Positions 1-9,509 of a DNA stretch of 64,000 nt are shown in pieces. The notes under the pieces are model-generated. The model ran no database searches. It saw only the letters and a program-made list of their open reading frames with translations, and had not been told where the DNA came from. The stretch covers positions 3,962-67,961 of the forward strand of contig JBMNPD010000003.1 of NCBI GenBank assembly GCA_050943415.1. Direction: 5' to 3'. This DNA is from Candidatus Dojkabacteria bacterium (GTDB lineage Bacteria > Patescibacteriota > Dojkabacteria > SC72). The stretch's first letter is position 1. Every line of letters starts with the position of its first letter. Made by a program: the position numbers and the translations under genes.

Positions 1-849
1 AATTCCATATTATCCCTAAAATCAGCATAAGCCCAATACCATTCCAATTGGTAATACTCCTGCAAATGCTCATCATCCATGCCCTCATTCCTAAAGTTAG
101 GACCAAGAGCATAAATTTTCTCATATCCACCACCTATTAATCTTTTCTGAAACAATTCGGTTGAAATCCTCAGATACAATTCCTGATGAAGAGCATTATG
201 GTAAGTTACAAAAGGAGAAGCATCAGCGCCACCAGTTATCAATTCTAAAACAGGTACTTCTACTTCCATAAAACCTTTCTCGTTTAGAAATTCTCTCTGA
301 ACCTGCCAAAACTTAGCCTTTCTATCAAACATCTCTACCCTTTCTGGAGAAATATTTAAATCCAAGTATCTTCTCCTAAACATCTGTTCCTTGTCCTTTA
401 GCTTTGTAGGTAAAGGACGAATAGCTTTTGCTAAGAGGCGAATTTTATCTGCCATAATTGAAATCTGTCCCGTTTTTGTCTTTCCAATAACACCGTCAAC
501 CTCAATAAAATCTGACACATCTAATAATTCCAAATAATCCCAACCAAGACAACTATTCTGAATATCATCTAATAAAGAGTCCTTTCTAATCATCACCTGA
601 ATCTCTCCACTCTTGTCCTTTATAACAGCGAAAATCAATTTTCCATGCTCTCTCCAAGCTACAATCCTTCCTGCAAGAATTACTTGTTGACCATCGTACT
701 TCTCAAAATTCTGATTTATCTCTGCATTATCATACTCCTTCTTACTTTTCGAAGGAAAAGGATTGATCCCCAACTCCTTTAGCCTCTCCAACTTCTTGAG
801 CCTTATCTCTCTTTGCCCTATTAAATTACTCTTTAAATTCTCTTCCATA
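1..849 (-). CDS. lysS: Lysyl-tRNA synthetase (class II), N-terminal part; the gene runs off the window start
   Basis: Translated by hand from the minus strand. ATG is at 847-849 and the protein begins MEENLKSNLIGQREIRLKKLERLKELGINPFP, with an OB-fold anticodon-binding region, then FRNEGMDDEHLQEY (class II motif 2 region). It is absent from the ORF track because the window edge truncates it. Confidence 0.8.
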
Positions 850-1130
850 TGGCACTAGTATACCTTTAAGTTAGATAAATTGGTAGTCTACGGATAACAA
901 AACTACTCTTTTTTCATATTTATTTAAGATTCTATAAGTTAAAACTAATTCAAAAGTACTGCAACTACCTTAATATATTAATTTCCCACATATAATCTTC
1001 TTTTATATTACATGTGTATAAACAAATAATGTTTGTCTAACACATATTTACCTCCCAAATTTAACTTATAGAATCTTAAATATTTCTAACAAAGCTACCC
1101 AAAACCCAATCTATAAGCTATAATCCAATT

Positions 1131-2426
1131 ATGTTAAAGGTAAACTTACTAGATTCAATAATTGCATTATGTAAAAGAAGAGGAATTATCTATCCTAACT
1201 CCGAAATATACGGAGGGTTAGGTGGCTTCTATGACTACGGTCCTGTTGGAGTAGAAATGAAAAACAACCTCAAACAGTATTGGTGGAAAAACATGGTCAC
1301 AAAACGTGAGAATGTCGTAGGTATAGATGGAACCATAATTACCCACCCAAAAGTATGGGAAGCATCAGGCCATATACAAAACTTTGGAGATGAGGTAGTC
1401 GAATGCAAGAAATGTCATCAGAGATTTAGACCCGAAGATATAGATGGAAAATGTCCTAATTGTGGCAGTAATGATTTCACAGAACCAAGAACATATAATC
1501 TTCTTTTCGAGACAGAGGTAGGTGTTCTAGATGGTGCAAAACTAAAAGCATATCTCAGAGGAGAAGCCTGTCAAACAATTTACTTAGATTTTATGAATGT
1601 TGTAGATAGTACTAGAATGCAAATTCCTTTTGGCATAGCACAGATTGGTAAGGCTTTTAGAAATGAAATTACACCAGGCAGATTAACTTTTAGATCTCGT
1701 GAGTTTGAACAGTGGGATATGCAGTTTTTTGTACACCCTGACGAGATGGAGAAATGGTTTGAATATTGGAAGAAAGAACGAATGGATTTTTACAAGGGTT
1801 TGTACAGAAAGCATGAGAATCTGAGATTTAGACAGCACGAGAAGGACCAATTAGCGTTCTATGCAGAGGATGCTTATGATATTGAGTATCTAGCACCTTG
1901 GGGTTGGGCAGAGAATGAAGGTGTTCACTGGAGAGGTAATTACGATTTAACACAGCATGGAAAGTTCTCAGGAAAAGATCTTTCATATACTGATCCCAGC
2001 ACTGGAGAGAAATATATCCCTTGGATTGTTGAAACTTCAGGAGGTATTGATAGAACATTCTTGATGTTGCTATTTGATGCATACGAAGAAGAGGATTTAG
2101 GTGATGGTAAAAGTAGAACTGTTTTAAAGGTACATAAGGATATAGCAGCGTACAGGGCAGCAATATTCCCACTAGTTGGAAACAAAGAAGAAATTGTTAA
2201 GAAAGGAAGAGATATTTTTGAAAGGTTGTCTGATAATTTTACTGTAGTTTGGGATGGTAGAGGGAATATTGGTAAGAGATATAGATATCAAGATGAGATA
2301 GGTACTCCTTTCTGTATTACTGTTGATTACGAGACTCTTGAGAATGACACTGTTACTGTACGAGATAGAGATAGTATGGAGCAGAAGCGAGTTAAGATAG
2401 AGGATCTTGATGAGGTCTTGAGTTAG
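1131..2426 (+). CDS. glyQS: Glycine--tRNA ligase, single-chain alpha2 type
   Basis: N-terminus IIYPNSEIYGGLGGFYDYGPVGVEMKNNLKQYWW and a Cys4 insertion CKKCHQRF..CPNCG are typical of GlyRS. Confidence 0.9.
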   Translation: MLKVNLLDSIIALCKRRGIIYPNSEIYGGLGGFYDYGPVGVEMKNNLKQYWWKNMVTKRENVVGIDGTIITHPKVWEASGHIQNFGDEVVECKKCHQRFRPEDIDGKCPNCGSNDFTEPRTYNLLFETEVGVLDGAKLKAYLRGEACQTIYLDFMNVVDSTRMQIPFGIAQIGKAFRNEITPGRLTFRSREFEQWDMQFFVHPDEMEKWFEYWKKERMDFYKGLYRKHENLRFRQHEKDQLAFYAEDAYDIEYLAPWGWAENEGVHWRGNYDLTQHGKFSGKDLSYTDPSTGEKYIPWIVETSGGIDRTFLMLLFDAYEEEDLGDGKSRTVLKVHKDIAAYRAAIFPLVGNKEEIVKKGRDIFERLSDNFTVVWDGRGNIGKRYRYQDEIGTPFCITVDYETLENDTVTVRDRDSMEQKRVKIEDLDEVLS

Positions 2427-3073
2427 GTTATTTCTCCTTTTGCATTGTCTCTGTATTTCCTAATTTCCCCATGGTTTCCAGATAGAAGAATATTTGGAAC
2501 TTTCCAACCGTTAAATTCTTCAGGCTTGGTATACTGTGGGTACTCTAATGTTCCGTCTTCAAATGTCTCTTCTTCCAAAGATTGTTCGTTACCTAAAACA
2601 CCTGGTATCAGTCTAGTTATTCCATCTACAAGTGCAAGAGCAGGTATTTCTCCTCCAGAAAGGACATAGTCTCCTATTGAGAATTCATAATCAACTAGGT
2701 AATCATGTACTCTTTGGTCTACTCCTTCATATCTCCCGCAGATTATTATCATATGTAAATCTTTTTCTAAAGAGAATTCTTTTAATCTTTCTTGTACTAA
2801 TTTTTCTCCTTTAGGTGTAGTTATAGCAACTATTGTATTCTCTTTTTTTAATTCATCTACTGCTTTGAATATTGGTTCAACTTTCATTATCATTCCCGGT
2901 CCTCCACCGTACGGGGTATCATCTACTGTTTTATGTTTATCGGTCGTCCACTTTCGTAAATCATGAACATTAATTTCGACTAGGTTATTCTTTCTAGCAT
3001 TATTTACTATACCTACATTTATGTATTCCTCTACTGCTTTAGGGAATATTGTAATTATATCGAATTTAATCAT
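2423..3073 (-). CDS. trmD: tRNA (guanine37-N1)-methyltransferase
   Basis: MIKFDIITIFPKAVEEYINVGIV...TDDTPYGGGPGMIMKVEPI is a SPOUT TrmD signature. It is convergent with glyQS and overlaps it by 4 nt. Confidence 0.9.
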   Translation of the reverse strand: MIKFDIITIFPKAVEEYINVGIVNNARKNNLVEINVHDLRKWTTDKHKTVDDTPYGGGPGMIMKVEPIFKAVDELKKENTIVAITTPKGEKLVQERLKEFSLEKDLHMIIICGRYEGVDQRVHDYLVDYEFSIGDYVLSGGEIPALALVDGITRLIPGVLGNEQSLEEETFEDGTLEYPQYTKPEEFNGWKVPNILLSGNHGEIRKYRDNAKGEIT

Positions 3074-3084
3074 GGTAGATTATA

Positions 3085-3678
3085 CTATATAAATCCTAAT
3101 GCTATTGTTGCCACTCCTAATACAGCATGACTTATACTAACTCCTAACAAATTGTTTGTCTTTCCGTAGGTAACATACCAGAGTAGCCCAATAAAAAAGG
3201 TTATGGTCAAAAGAAATATGTCTTTGTACATGATATGAACAAAGGAGTACAGAACAGATGAAAGAATCAAAGCTGTTTTAGAAGATATTACTTTTGTTGA
3301 TTCAAAGTATTTGAAAATTCCTCTATACAGAAATTCTTGTGCTGGAGATGATGTGAAAATATAGAAGATGTAGAAAGAGAATGTTTCTGTTGGATTAAAT
3401 CTTTGAAATTTAAATGTTTTCAATATTAATACAACTATTATTAAGAATATAGTAAAGTTTGAAATGCTTTTAAGAGATTCTTTCCATTTTTTCTTTGTTA
3501 TCCCTAATTCTTCGTTTTTTACTCCTATGAATCTAAACCCTAAGTATATGAGAATTGCTAATACTACAAGGAAAACAAATTTGTAGTTGTATAGTGGTGG
3601 ATTAAAGAGTATGAGTAGAGGAGTAAATATGTAGATGAAGAGTATTATTATGAAGCTTACGATGTTTTTCTTTTTCAT
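3085..3678 (-). CDS. CPBP family intramembrane metalloprotease (CAAX protease-like)
   Basis: Polytopic membrane protein carrying the CPBP motifs AQEFLYRG (EExxxR), FVH and HAVLGV. Confidence 0.6.
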   Translation of the reverse strand: MKKKNIVSFIIILFIYIFTPLLILFNPPLYNYKFVFLVVLAILIYLGFRFIGVKNEELGITKKKWKESLKSISNFTIFLIIVVLILKTFKFQRFNPTETFSFYIFYIFTSSPAQEFLYRGIFKYFESTKVISSKTALILSSVLYSFVHIMYKDIFLLTITFFIGLLWYVTYGKTNNLLGVSISHAVLGVATIALGFI

Positions 3679-3757
3679 TTTGTTATGATTATACTACCTA
3701 TCATAACAAATTTTTACTATTCCACTTTGACATATCTTTCTCAGACACTCATTTGCC

Positions 3758-3786
3758 TTGTAAAAACATACTATGGGTGGTATATT
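3758..3786 (+). promoter_or_regulatory. Candidate sigma70-type promoter with an extended -10 for the 3839 gene
   Basis: TTGTAA at 3758-3763, a 17 nt spacer, then TGgTATATT at 3778-3786. A strong SD, GAAAGGAGAAAATT, directly precedes the ATG at 3839. Confidence 0.4.
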
Positions 3787-3838
3787 CTTTTCCTAGGATA
3801 GTAAAATTTAGCTCATTGAAAATTGAAAGGAGAAAATT

Positions 3839-4417
3839 ATGGCTATTTTATGGCAAGCAATATATTATGATCACACGATAGGATACACCGAGACTTCAAG
3901 ACTTACTGGTGTAAAACTATCAAAAGGATGGCAAGTTCGTCATTACTCTGGCGATTACACAGATCGCTATAGAGAACATAGTGAGCTAGGAGTAATACGT
4001 ATTAAACCTGATGGGGAAATTTTTGTTCCTCCTAAACTTCAAATAAAAGAAGGAACAATGCTAGAATATGCAACTCTAGCACGTAATCCTAAGCTTCAAG
4101 ATGGTGAACATAATCCTCTACCATATTGTTACAAAAGCATCCGATTTGACGACCCTGAGACTCAGAACGATAAATCTATTCTGTTAAATCTTATATTTGA
4201 TTCGTATCCAAATATGTCAGGAATTAACGATGATTTGCTTAGAGCAACAAGTGTCATTAATCAGGAAGACTCTTATGCTTCCATCAAGGAGAAAGGTTGG
4301 ACTTCAATTGGTTGGGTAATACTCCATATCAAAGACGGTGAATGTCTACAAATAAGAGACTTTCTAAGTTTTTATAATCATTGCGGTGAGCTATACAGCC
4401 AAATACTATCCCACTGA
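3839..4417 (+). CDS. Hypothetical protein (192 aa) with no recognisable domain
   Basis: Clean ORF with a good SD, its own promoter-like element and a downstream bidirectional hairpin. Confidence 0.6.
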   Translation: MAILWQAIYYDHTIGYTETSRLTGVKLSKGWQVRHYSGDYTDRYREHSELGVIRIKPDGEIFVPPKLQIKEGTMLEYATLARNPKLQDGEHNPLPYCYKSIRFDDPETQNDKSILLNLIFDSYPNMSGINDDLLRATSVINQEDSYASIKEKGWTSIGWVILHIKDGECLQIRDFLSFYNHCGELYSQILSH

Positions 4418-4424
4418 CCCACAC

Positions 4425-4456
4425 TAGGGTTCTTCTATTTTCTTAGGAGAACCCTA
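4425..4456. terminator. Hairpin terminator between convergent genes
   Basis: A 9-bp inverted repeat TAGGGTTCT...AGAACCCTA with a 14-nt loop, followed by T-rich sequence on the + strand. Confidence 0.5.
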
Positions 4457-4470
4457 ATATTGTTTATACT

Positions 4471-5088
4471 TCAATTCCTACTAACAAACATACTATCTTC
4501 CAAATACCATCTCCATGGAACATCCTTGTATTCTTCTGCATAATCAATACCTACCCTAGCCTTCTTAATAATATCTTCTTCATTAACCCTAAAACCATCA
4601 TCAACTAAAAATAATTTTGAATTCTTCTTAGTCATATCTTCTCCATACAACTCTCTTGTAATATTCATAGCCTGACATAGTTTACCTGGTCCATTAGTCA
4701 GAGATACAATATCCTCTTTCTTTCTTCTTTCTTTCATAATATCTAAACCATACAGAGGTTCTAAAGCTCTAATAAGTACTACACATGGATTATCTTTCTC
4801 CCCTGTTACAAAATTAAACAAATCATACATATGCGATTTATATACATATACATAACCACCTTCATTAAATTGAATCTCTGTTCTCTTTGTTCTTCTATTC
4901 CCATATGAATGAGAACCTTTATCTTCACCTCCAATATATGCTTCCACTTCAACTACTCTTCCTCCTGTTAGGAAATTATTTTCATCATGAATAAATATCT
5001 TACCTAAACATTCTCTCAAGCAAACAAAAGTATCTTGAAGATAGAAAGAACGAGAAAGGATATTGTCTTTTAATTCTGAAATAGTCAT
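4471..5088 (-). CDS. mpg: DNA-3-methyladenine glycosylase (Mpg/AAG family)
   Basis: GGRVVEVEAYIGGEDKGSHSYGNRRTKRTEIQFNEGGYVYVY matches the AAG-family core VETEAYxGxxDxASHAxxGxTxRN...YVY. Confidence 0.85.
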   Translation of the reverse strand: MTISELKDNILSRSFYLQDTFVCLRECLGKIFIHDENNFLTGGRVVEVEAYIGGEDKGSHSYGNRRTKRTEIQFNEGGYVYVYKSHMYDLFNFVTGEKDNPCVVLIRALEPLYGLDIMKERRKKEDIVSLTNGPGKLCQAMNITRELYGEDMTKKNSKLFLVDDGFRVNEEDIIKKARVGIDYAEEYKDVPWRWYLEDSMFVSRN

Positions 5089-5091
5089 ATC

Positions 5092-5166
5092 TGGTACCGC
5101 TACGGGGAATCGAACCCCGATTGCAGGATTGAGAATCCTGTGTCCTAACCGTTAGACGATAGCGGC
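5092..5166 (-). tRNA. tRNA-Glu (anticodon CUC) with encoded CCA
   Basis: The minus-strand reading folds by eye as a cloverleaf: GCCGCTATCGTCTAACGGTTAGGACACAGGATTCTCAATCCTGCAATCGGGGTTCGATTCCCCGTAGCGGTACCA. The anticodon stem is CAGGA/TCCTG with loop TTCTCAA, giving anticodon CTC. The D-loop TCTAACGGTTAGGAC is typical of tRNA-Glu. The T-arm is GGGGTTCGATTCCCC. Confidence 0.85.
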
Positions 5167-5232
5167 ATATTCGAGTGAGATTTTAACATATAACAAGATA
5201 TTTGAATATAGTTACTACAGGGCCATATTTAT

Positions 5233-5259
5233 TTGACATTCTAGCTCAAGCAATATAAT
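5233..5259 (+). promoter_or_regulatory. Candidate sigma70 promoter for greA
   Basis: TTGACA at 5233-5238, a 15-16 nt spacer, then TATAAT at 5254-5259, about 35 nt upstream of the greA ATG. Confidence 0.5.
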
Positions 5260-5292
5260 ATCCAGTCGATTTAAATTTATAGGTTTGGCAAA

Positions 5293-5754
5293 ATGGACGA
5301 AAATAATATATACCAAACCACCAAATCTGGTTTGGAAAAATTAGTTAACGAACTCAAAGATAGAGAAAAAAATCTTAGAGTCAAAATCGCAAATACCTTA
5401 AATGAAATGAGAAGCCAAGGTGACCTCAGAGAAAATGATGGATATACCATGGCTTTAGAAGAACAAAACATCAATGAGGAGAGAATATTAGAATTGAAAG
5501 AGAAAATAAAGAATGCAAAAGTCATCAAAGACAAAAGTAAAAACAAAGTGGGTATTGGCGACACAGTCATATTAAAGGGTGAGAAAAACTTGAAATATGA
5601 AATAACTAGTGAAGAAGAAGCTAACCCTCTAGAGGGCAAAGTCTCCCATTTATCACCAATAGGTAAATCTGTAATAAACAAGAAAAAAGGTGAAGAAGTA
5701 AAAATAGAGACACCTACTGGAGTAAAAAAATACAAAATAGAGAGCATAGAGTAA
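5293..5754 (+). CDS. greA: Transcription elongation factor GreA
   Basis: An N-terminal coiled coil (GLEKLVNELKDREKNLRVKIANTLNEMRSQGDLRENDGY) and a C-terminal FKBP-like domain (VGIGDTVILKG...KYEITS) match the GreA/GreB family. Confidence 0.85.
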   Translation: MDENNIYQTTKSGLEKLVNELKDREKNLRVKIANTLNEMRSQGDLRENDGYTMALEEQNINEERILELKEKIKNAKVIKDKSKNKVGIGDTVILKGEKNLKYEITSEEEANPLEGKVSHLSPIGKSVINKKKGEEVKIETPTGVKKYKIESIE

Positions 5755-5755
5755 C

Positions 5756-6460
5756 CTACGGATGAATCAATGTCCCATCAGACAAGATATCTTCTAAGGT
5801 ATTTTTCTCTGTAATATTCTTACCACCACATATAAAGAAAGAGATACCCTTGTTAGCACAAAATCTAGAACACTCTTTATCTACAGGAATATTCACATTA
5901 GCCTGATGAGTATCACTATCCGAAATACCAAACAAATTAAAATACTCATTCCAAGAAATATCCTTAATCATATTTGCATTATTATTCTTATTTGGATCTA
6001 CATCATACAAATAATCAATATTTGAAAGCTTCAGTATTCTCTCAGCAGATACAATATCTGCAAATACCGCAGAATCCATATCTGTACTCCACCCAACTCT
6101 TAATCCACCACTAACAACAGAAAAGTTTTCATTGCTCATTAAATATTCATAAGCATCACCTAATTTCTTTGGAACAAATATACTGTCATCATCAATATAT
6201 GCTTTTACAATTTCAGCACTTGTTTGAGTAATTGACATAGCAATACTATGTAAATCATTTTGCTCACTAATACCTGAAGCAACTCTTCTTTGCAATTCCC
6301 TTGAAAGATAACCACCTCCAACTACAATAATCCTTTTACAATACATATCTTTAGTACGATAGTACCAATCCTTAACTTTCTGCAACAAAGAGAAATTAAT
6401 ATTCAAATCCTGATCATACAGAACAGATCCCCCTATTTTCAAAACAATCTGCTCTTCCAC
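5756..6460 (-). CDS. Amino-acid kinase family protein, probably UMP kinase-like
   Basis: VLKIGGSVL...RIIVVGGGYLSREL...GTLI resembles the carbamate/UMP kinase fold. Whether it is PyrH or another family member cannot be settled by eye. Confidence 0.45.
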   Translation of the reverse strand: MEEQIVLKIGGSVLYDQDLNINFSLLQKVKDWYYRTKDMYCKRIIVVGGGYLSRELQRRVASGISEQNDLHSIAMSITQTSAEIVKAYIDDDSIFVPKKLGDAYEYLMSNENFSVVSGGLRVGWSTDMDSAVFADIVSAERILKLSNIDYLYDVDPNKNNNANMIKDISWNEYFNLFGISDSDTHQANVNIPVDKECSRFCANKGISFFICGGKNITEKNTLEDILSDGTLIHP

Positions 6461-6465
6461 TACAA

Positions 6466-7263
6466 TTAAACAGTTAAAATTAAAGATAATGCCAAAAGTA
6501 CATACACAACAGGATAGAGATAATCTGTAAATTTCGTTCTACCTGCAAATCTAAGATTCCAAAAAGAAGTAATCAGATAGAAAGACAACGCTCCAACAGA
6601 TGGAATAACCAATATATTATTATTCCAAACCGCCAACATCGAAAGAGAAACTATTACAGAACTAATTATAGCTATCAAAAATTCCAAACTTCCAAATTTA
6701 TCATGTATTTTCAGTATGGATATTAGCAGAACTAAAGAAGAAACAAAGCTAAGAAATATGAATTCCCACATTGAAAAACCTATACGCAGGTATGAATTTA
6801 GTAACAGATATAAAGTAGTAATACATATGAAGTCAAAGATTGTTCTTGTAGCCAACGCTACAGAGTAATATTTGTTAAGTGAACTTTTCACATTCAAAAA
6901 CAATAGAAGAACGAAAGATACACAAATCACTATCACAAAATGTCCTAAGAGTATATTTCTATTGAAATAGAGAAATAGTAGAAGAGATGTATAGAAAAGT
7001 GCTGGAAGAATGAAATATTGAAAGAATCTTCTCTTTAATGATATTTTCATAACAACATCACTATACTTTGATATTTTCTTTCTTGAATAGAGAATAAATG
7101 TTCTTACAAACCACAATTCTAATATTAGTAGTGCTAATACTCCAAGAATCAAAAGATATTTAAATGATGTTCTTAAGACAGCATAGTTAAAAGCTTCAGT
7201 TACAAAAAGAAGTACAATAATATACAGTATTTCATTTTTCAATTTTAATTTTGTAGCAGACAT
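6466..7263 (-). CDS. Polytopic integral membrane protein of unknown function
   Basis: Eight or more hydrophobic helices and no recognisable motif. Confidence 0.55.
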   Translation of the reverse strand: MSATKLKLKNEILYIIVLLFVTEAFNYAVLRTSFKYLLILGVLALLILELWFVRTFILYSRKKISKYSDVVMKISLKRRFFQYFILPALFYTSLLLFLYFNRNILLGHFVIVICVSFVLLLFLNVKSSLNKYYSVALATRTIFDFICITTLYLLLNSYLRIGFSMWEFIFLSFVSSLVLLISILKIHDKFGSLEFLIAIISSVIVSLSMLAVWNNNILVIPSVGALSFYLITSFWNLRFAGRTKFTDYLYPVVYVLLALSLILTV

Positions 7264-7270
7264 ATCTTAC

Positions 7271-8710
7271 CTAATTAATTTTACCTGAGAATCCAGAAAA
7301 TATTGCAATTGCTAAGATAGACCACCATATACTTACAGTTAGTAAATCACTTACAGCATTTTTAAACATACCTTTTTTAACATAGACAAATATCTCTATG
7401 CATAGCAGAATAAATACAAAGAGTACTATACCTAAACTGATTCCATTCCCAATTGATAGCGAAACTATTGGAATTAATGATTTTCTAGGTTCTTCTTTCT
7501 TAAAATAGTCAGATATATCTAGTTCGGAATCATTTTCGTACTGATCAGCCATACGAATCAATACTCTGTCAGCTACATCTTTTTTAGGAAGTACTACTTG
7601 TATACCCTCTGGAGTTATATTGTATACTGGTATTATCTTTGAACCAGATATTATTTCTACAACTTCAAATTCTCCAGAAACTGTGAACGAAAGCATAAAA
7701 TGATCGTTTTCTTCAGATACTGTTACAGAGTTAACATCTACTTGTGGAGGAGTAGAGTCTATTCTGAATAACACTTTATCTGAATTTATATCTGTTCCTT
7801 TAATATTTGCTTTAATTGTATGGTCTCCCTCTGACCAATCAGCTTCTCTTTTTACTGTCCAATCAGGATTTGTTGTAGTAGCATTACCCACAACATTTTC
7901 TCCTTCATATATCTGAACTGTGTACTCTTCATTAACATTAACTACTTTTCCTGAAACTGCTAAACCTGGATCGTTGTATGTAGTACCGTTTGTTGGAGCA
8001 GATATACTTATACTTTTAATTTGTTCTTCCTTTTGAGTTACGGTTGTTTTAGGTTTAGAGGTTGGTGTAGGTGTTGACTTCGGTGTGGCTGGTGTAGAAG
8101 TTGGAGTAGGATTTGTTGGTTGTGTTGTTGTTGGTGCTGGTGGTGTTGTCTGAGCACTTTCTACTTGGCCTGCTACAGTTCCAAACATCTGAACAACTAA
8201 GGTGGTTTCTTTGCCAAGAAGTTTTCCATTGACTACAGCTATTCCAATATCTTTGTAATTAGCACTAACTATATTGGCCTTATGTGTAGGACTGGCCATC
8301 CAAGCCTCTATAACGCCCTCTGAGGTCTTGAAACCTTTTGCAAGGTTCTCTCCAGCGTATACGTAGTTATACCCTGCTCCACGAATAAATTGCCACGGTG
8401 TTTCTCCATTTGGACCAAAATGATCCCAGTATTGTTTCTCCATCATATCGTTTGCTTTTGCCAAGGCAGCAGATGCTAATCTAGAGTTACTGTTTAACGC
8501 GTTTAAACCCAACTTTGTTCTTTCATTGTTTGTTAATGAAATAATATTTTGAGAAGATATGGCACTAGCAACAGCTTGTTGCATTCCTAGTATGCCTCCG
8601 AAGCTATTTACAAAAATTAGTATGAAAGAGTAAATAACTATAGCTATTTTTCTAAGTAAATACGGTTTGTATGAGTTACCCTTGTTTGGTATTAGACAGT
8701 TTTTTATCAT
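7271..8710 (-). CDS. Membrane-anchored CAP/SCP (YkwD-like) domain protein with a Thr/Pro-rich linker
   Basis: N-terminal TM, CAP domain (NNERTKLGLNALNSNSRLASAALAKANDM...WMASPTHKANI), linker TTPPAPTTTQPTNPTPTSTPATPKSTPTPTSKPKTT, and C-terminal TM helices. Confidence 0.7.
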   Translation of the reverse strand: MIKNCLIPNKGNSYKPYLLRKIAIVIYSFILIFVNSFGGILGMQQAVASAISSQNIISLTNNERTKLGLNALNSNSRLASAALAKANDMMEKQYWDHFGPNGETPWQFIRGAGYNYVYAGENLAKGFKTSEGVIEAWMASPTHKANIVSANYKDIGIAVVNGKLLGKETTLVVQMFGTVAGQVESAQTTPPAPTTTQPTNPTPTSTPATPKSTPTPTSKPKTTVTQKEEQIKSISISAPTNGTTYNDPGLAVSGKVVNVNEEYTVQIYEGENVVGNATTTNPDWTVKREADWSEGDHTIKANIKGTDINSDKVLFRIDSTPPQVDVNSVTVSEENDHFMLSFTVSGEFEVVEIISGSKIIPVYNITPEGIQVVLPKKDVADRVLIRMADQYENDSELDISDYFKKEEPRKSLIPIVSLSIGNGISLGIVLFVFILLCIEIFVYVKKGMFKNAVSDLLTVSIWWSILAIAIFSGFSGKIN

Positions 8711-8789
8711 AGCAATACTATAGTTTATGACATCAAGAGATTATACGCAAGGATAATTAACAAATATTTCTAAACTAAAGGTTAAACTT

Positions 8790-8823
8790 GATAAAAACAG
8801 AGAAGGACTTCAACAGTCCTTCT
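8790..8823 (-). terminator. Rho-independent terminator of hup
   Basis: AGAAGGACT(tcaac)AGTCCTTCT at 8801-8823, followed on the minus strand by CTGTTTTTAT. Confidence 0.6.
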
Positions 8824-8860
8824 CATTACAATTTCTTTGTCTACAAAGAAATACCGGCAA

Positions 8861-9130
8861 TTACTTAACAGCAGCTCTTAAAGCTTTACCTGCTTTAAAT
8901 GCAGGAACCTTTGTTGCTGGAAGTTGAATCTTAGCAAGAGTCTTAGGATTGATTCCTGTTCTTGCAGCTCTTGTTCTGACTTCGAATTTACCGAAACCAG
9001 TAAGAAGTACAGGCTCACCACTCTTCAAAGAATCAGTAATTGCTTCCAATGTTGCATCCAAAGCTGCAGCTGCCTGCTTCTTTGTTAATCCAACAGATGC
9101 AATTCTTTCTACTAAATCTTTCTTTAACAT
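8861..9130 (-). CDS. hup: DNA-binding protein HU
   Basis: 89 aa. MLKKDLVERIA...GFGKFEVRTRAARTGINPKT...AFKAGKALR is the HU/IHF signature. Confidence 0.9.
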   Translation of the reverse strand: MLKKDLVERIASVGLTKKQAAAALDATLEAITDSLKSGEPVLLTGFGKFEVRTRAARTGINPKTLAKIQLPATKVPAFKAGKALRAAVK

Positions 9131-9431
9131 TTTGTGTATAACCTCCTTTCTTAAGTGATATATACAAAAATTTCTTTTATTAAGAAGATTTTAAGTATAT
9201 CCACTCATAAAATAAGAAAAAGAAAGGGAATCGTCAAGGTAGAGTAATATTATGGGGTACACCTATAATTGCAAGAAAATCTCTACTGCTAAAGGATATT
9301 CGAACATATTTAATATACATCAAAAAGTATTGATATATTACATTTACAAAAGGAGATGCAGAAACGCGATTACATCAACCTTTTTGAAACCCCATGTTTT
9401 TTACTTTGAAAATGTTATTACAAAGGTATTA

Positions 9432-9474
9432 CTGTTTAAACAAACAAAGGGAGTACTCAATTTAGTACTCCCCC
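9432..9474 (-). terminator. Rho-independent terminator of rny
   Basis: GGGAGTAC(tcaattta)GTACTCCC at 9449-9472, followed on the minus strand by TTTGTTTGTTT. Confidence 0.65.
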
Positions 9475-9509
9475 TATAGCATTTATTACTAGAAGCCAAC
9501 TACATAAAA

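Noticed and set aside
850-1130. Possible T-box leader upstream of glyQS, as in many Gram-positive bacteria.
   Set aside because: No T-box consensus (AATTAGGGTGGTACCGCG) or specifier/antiterminator structure was found. The region is simply AT-rich divergent promoter DNA.
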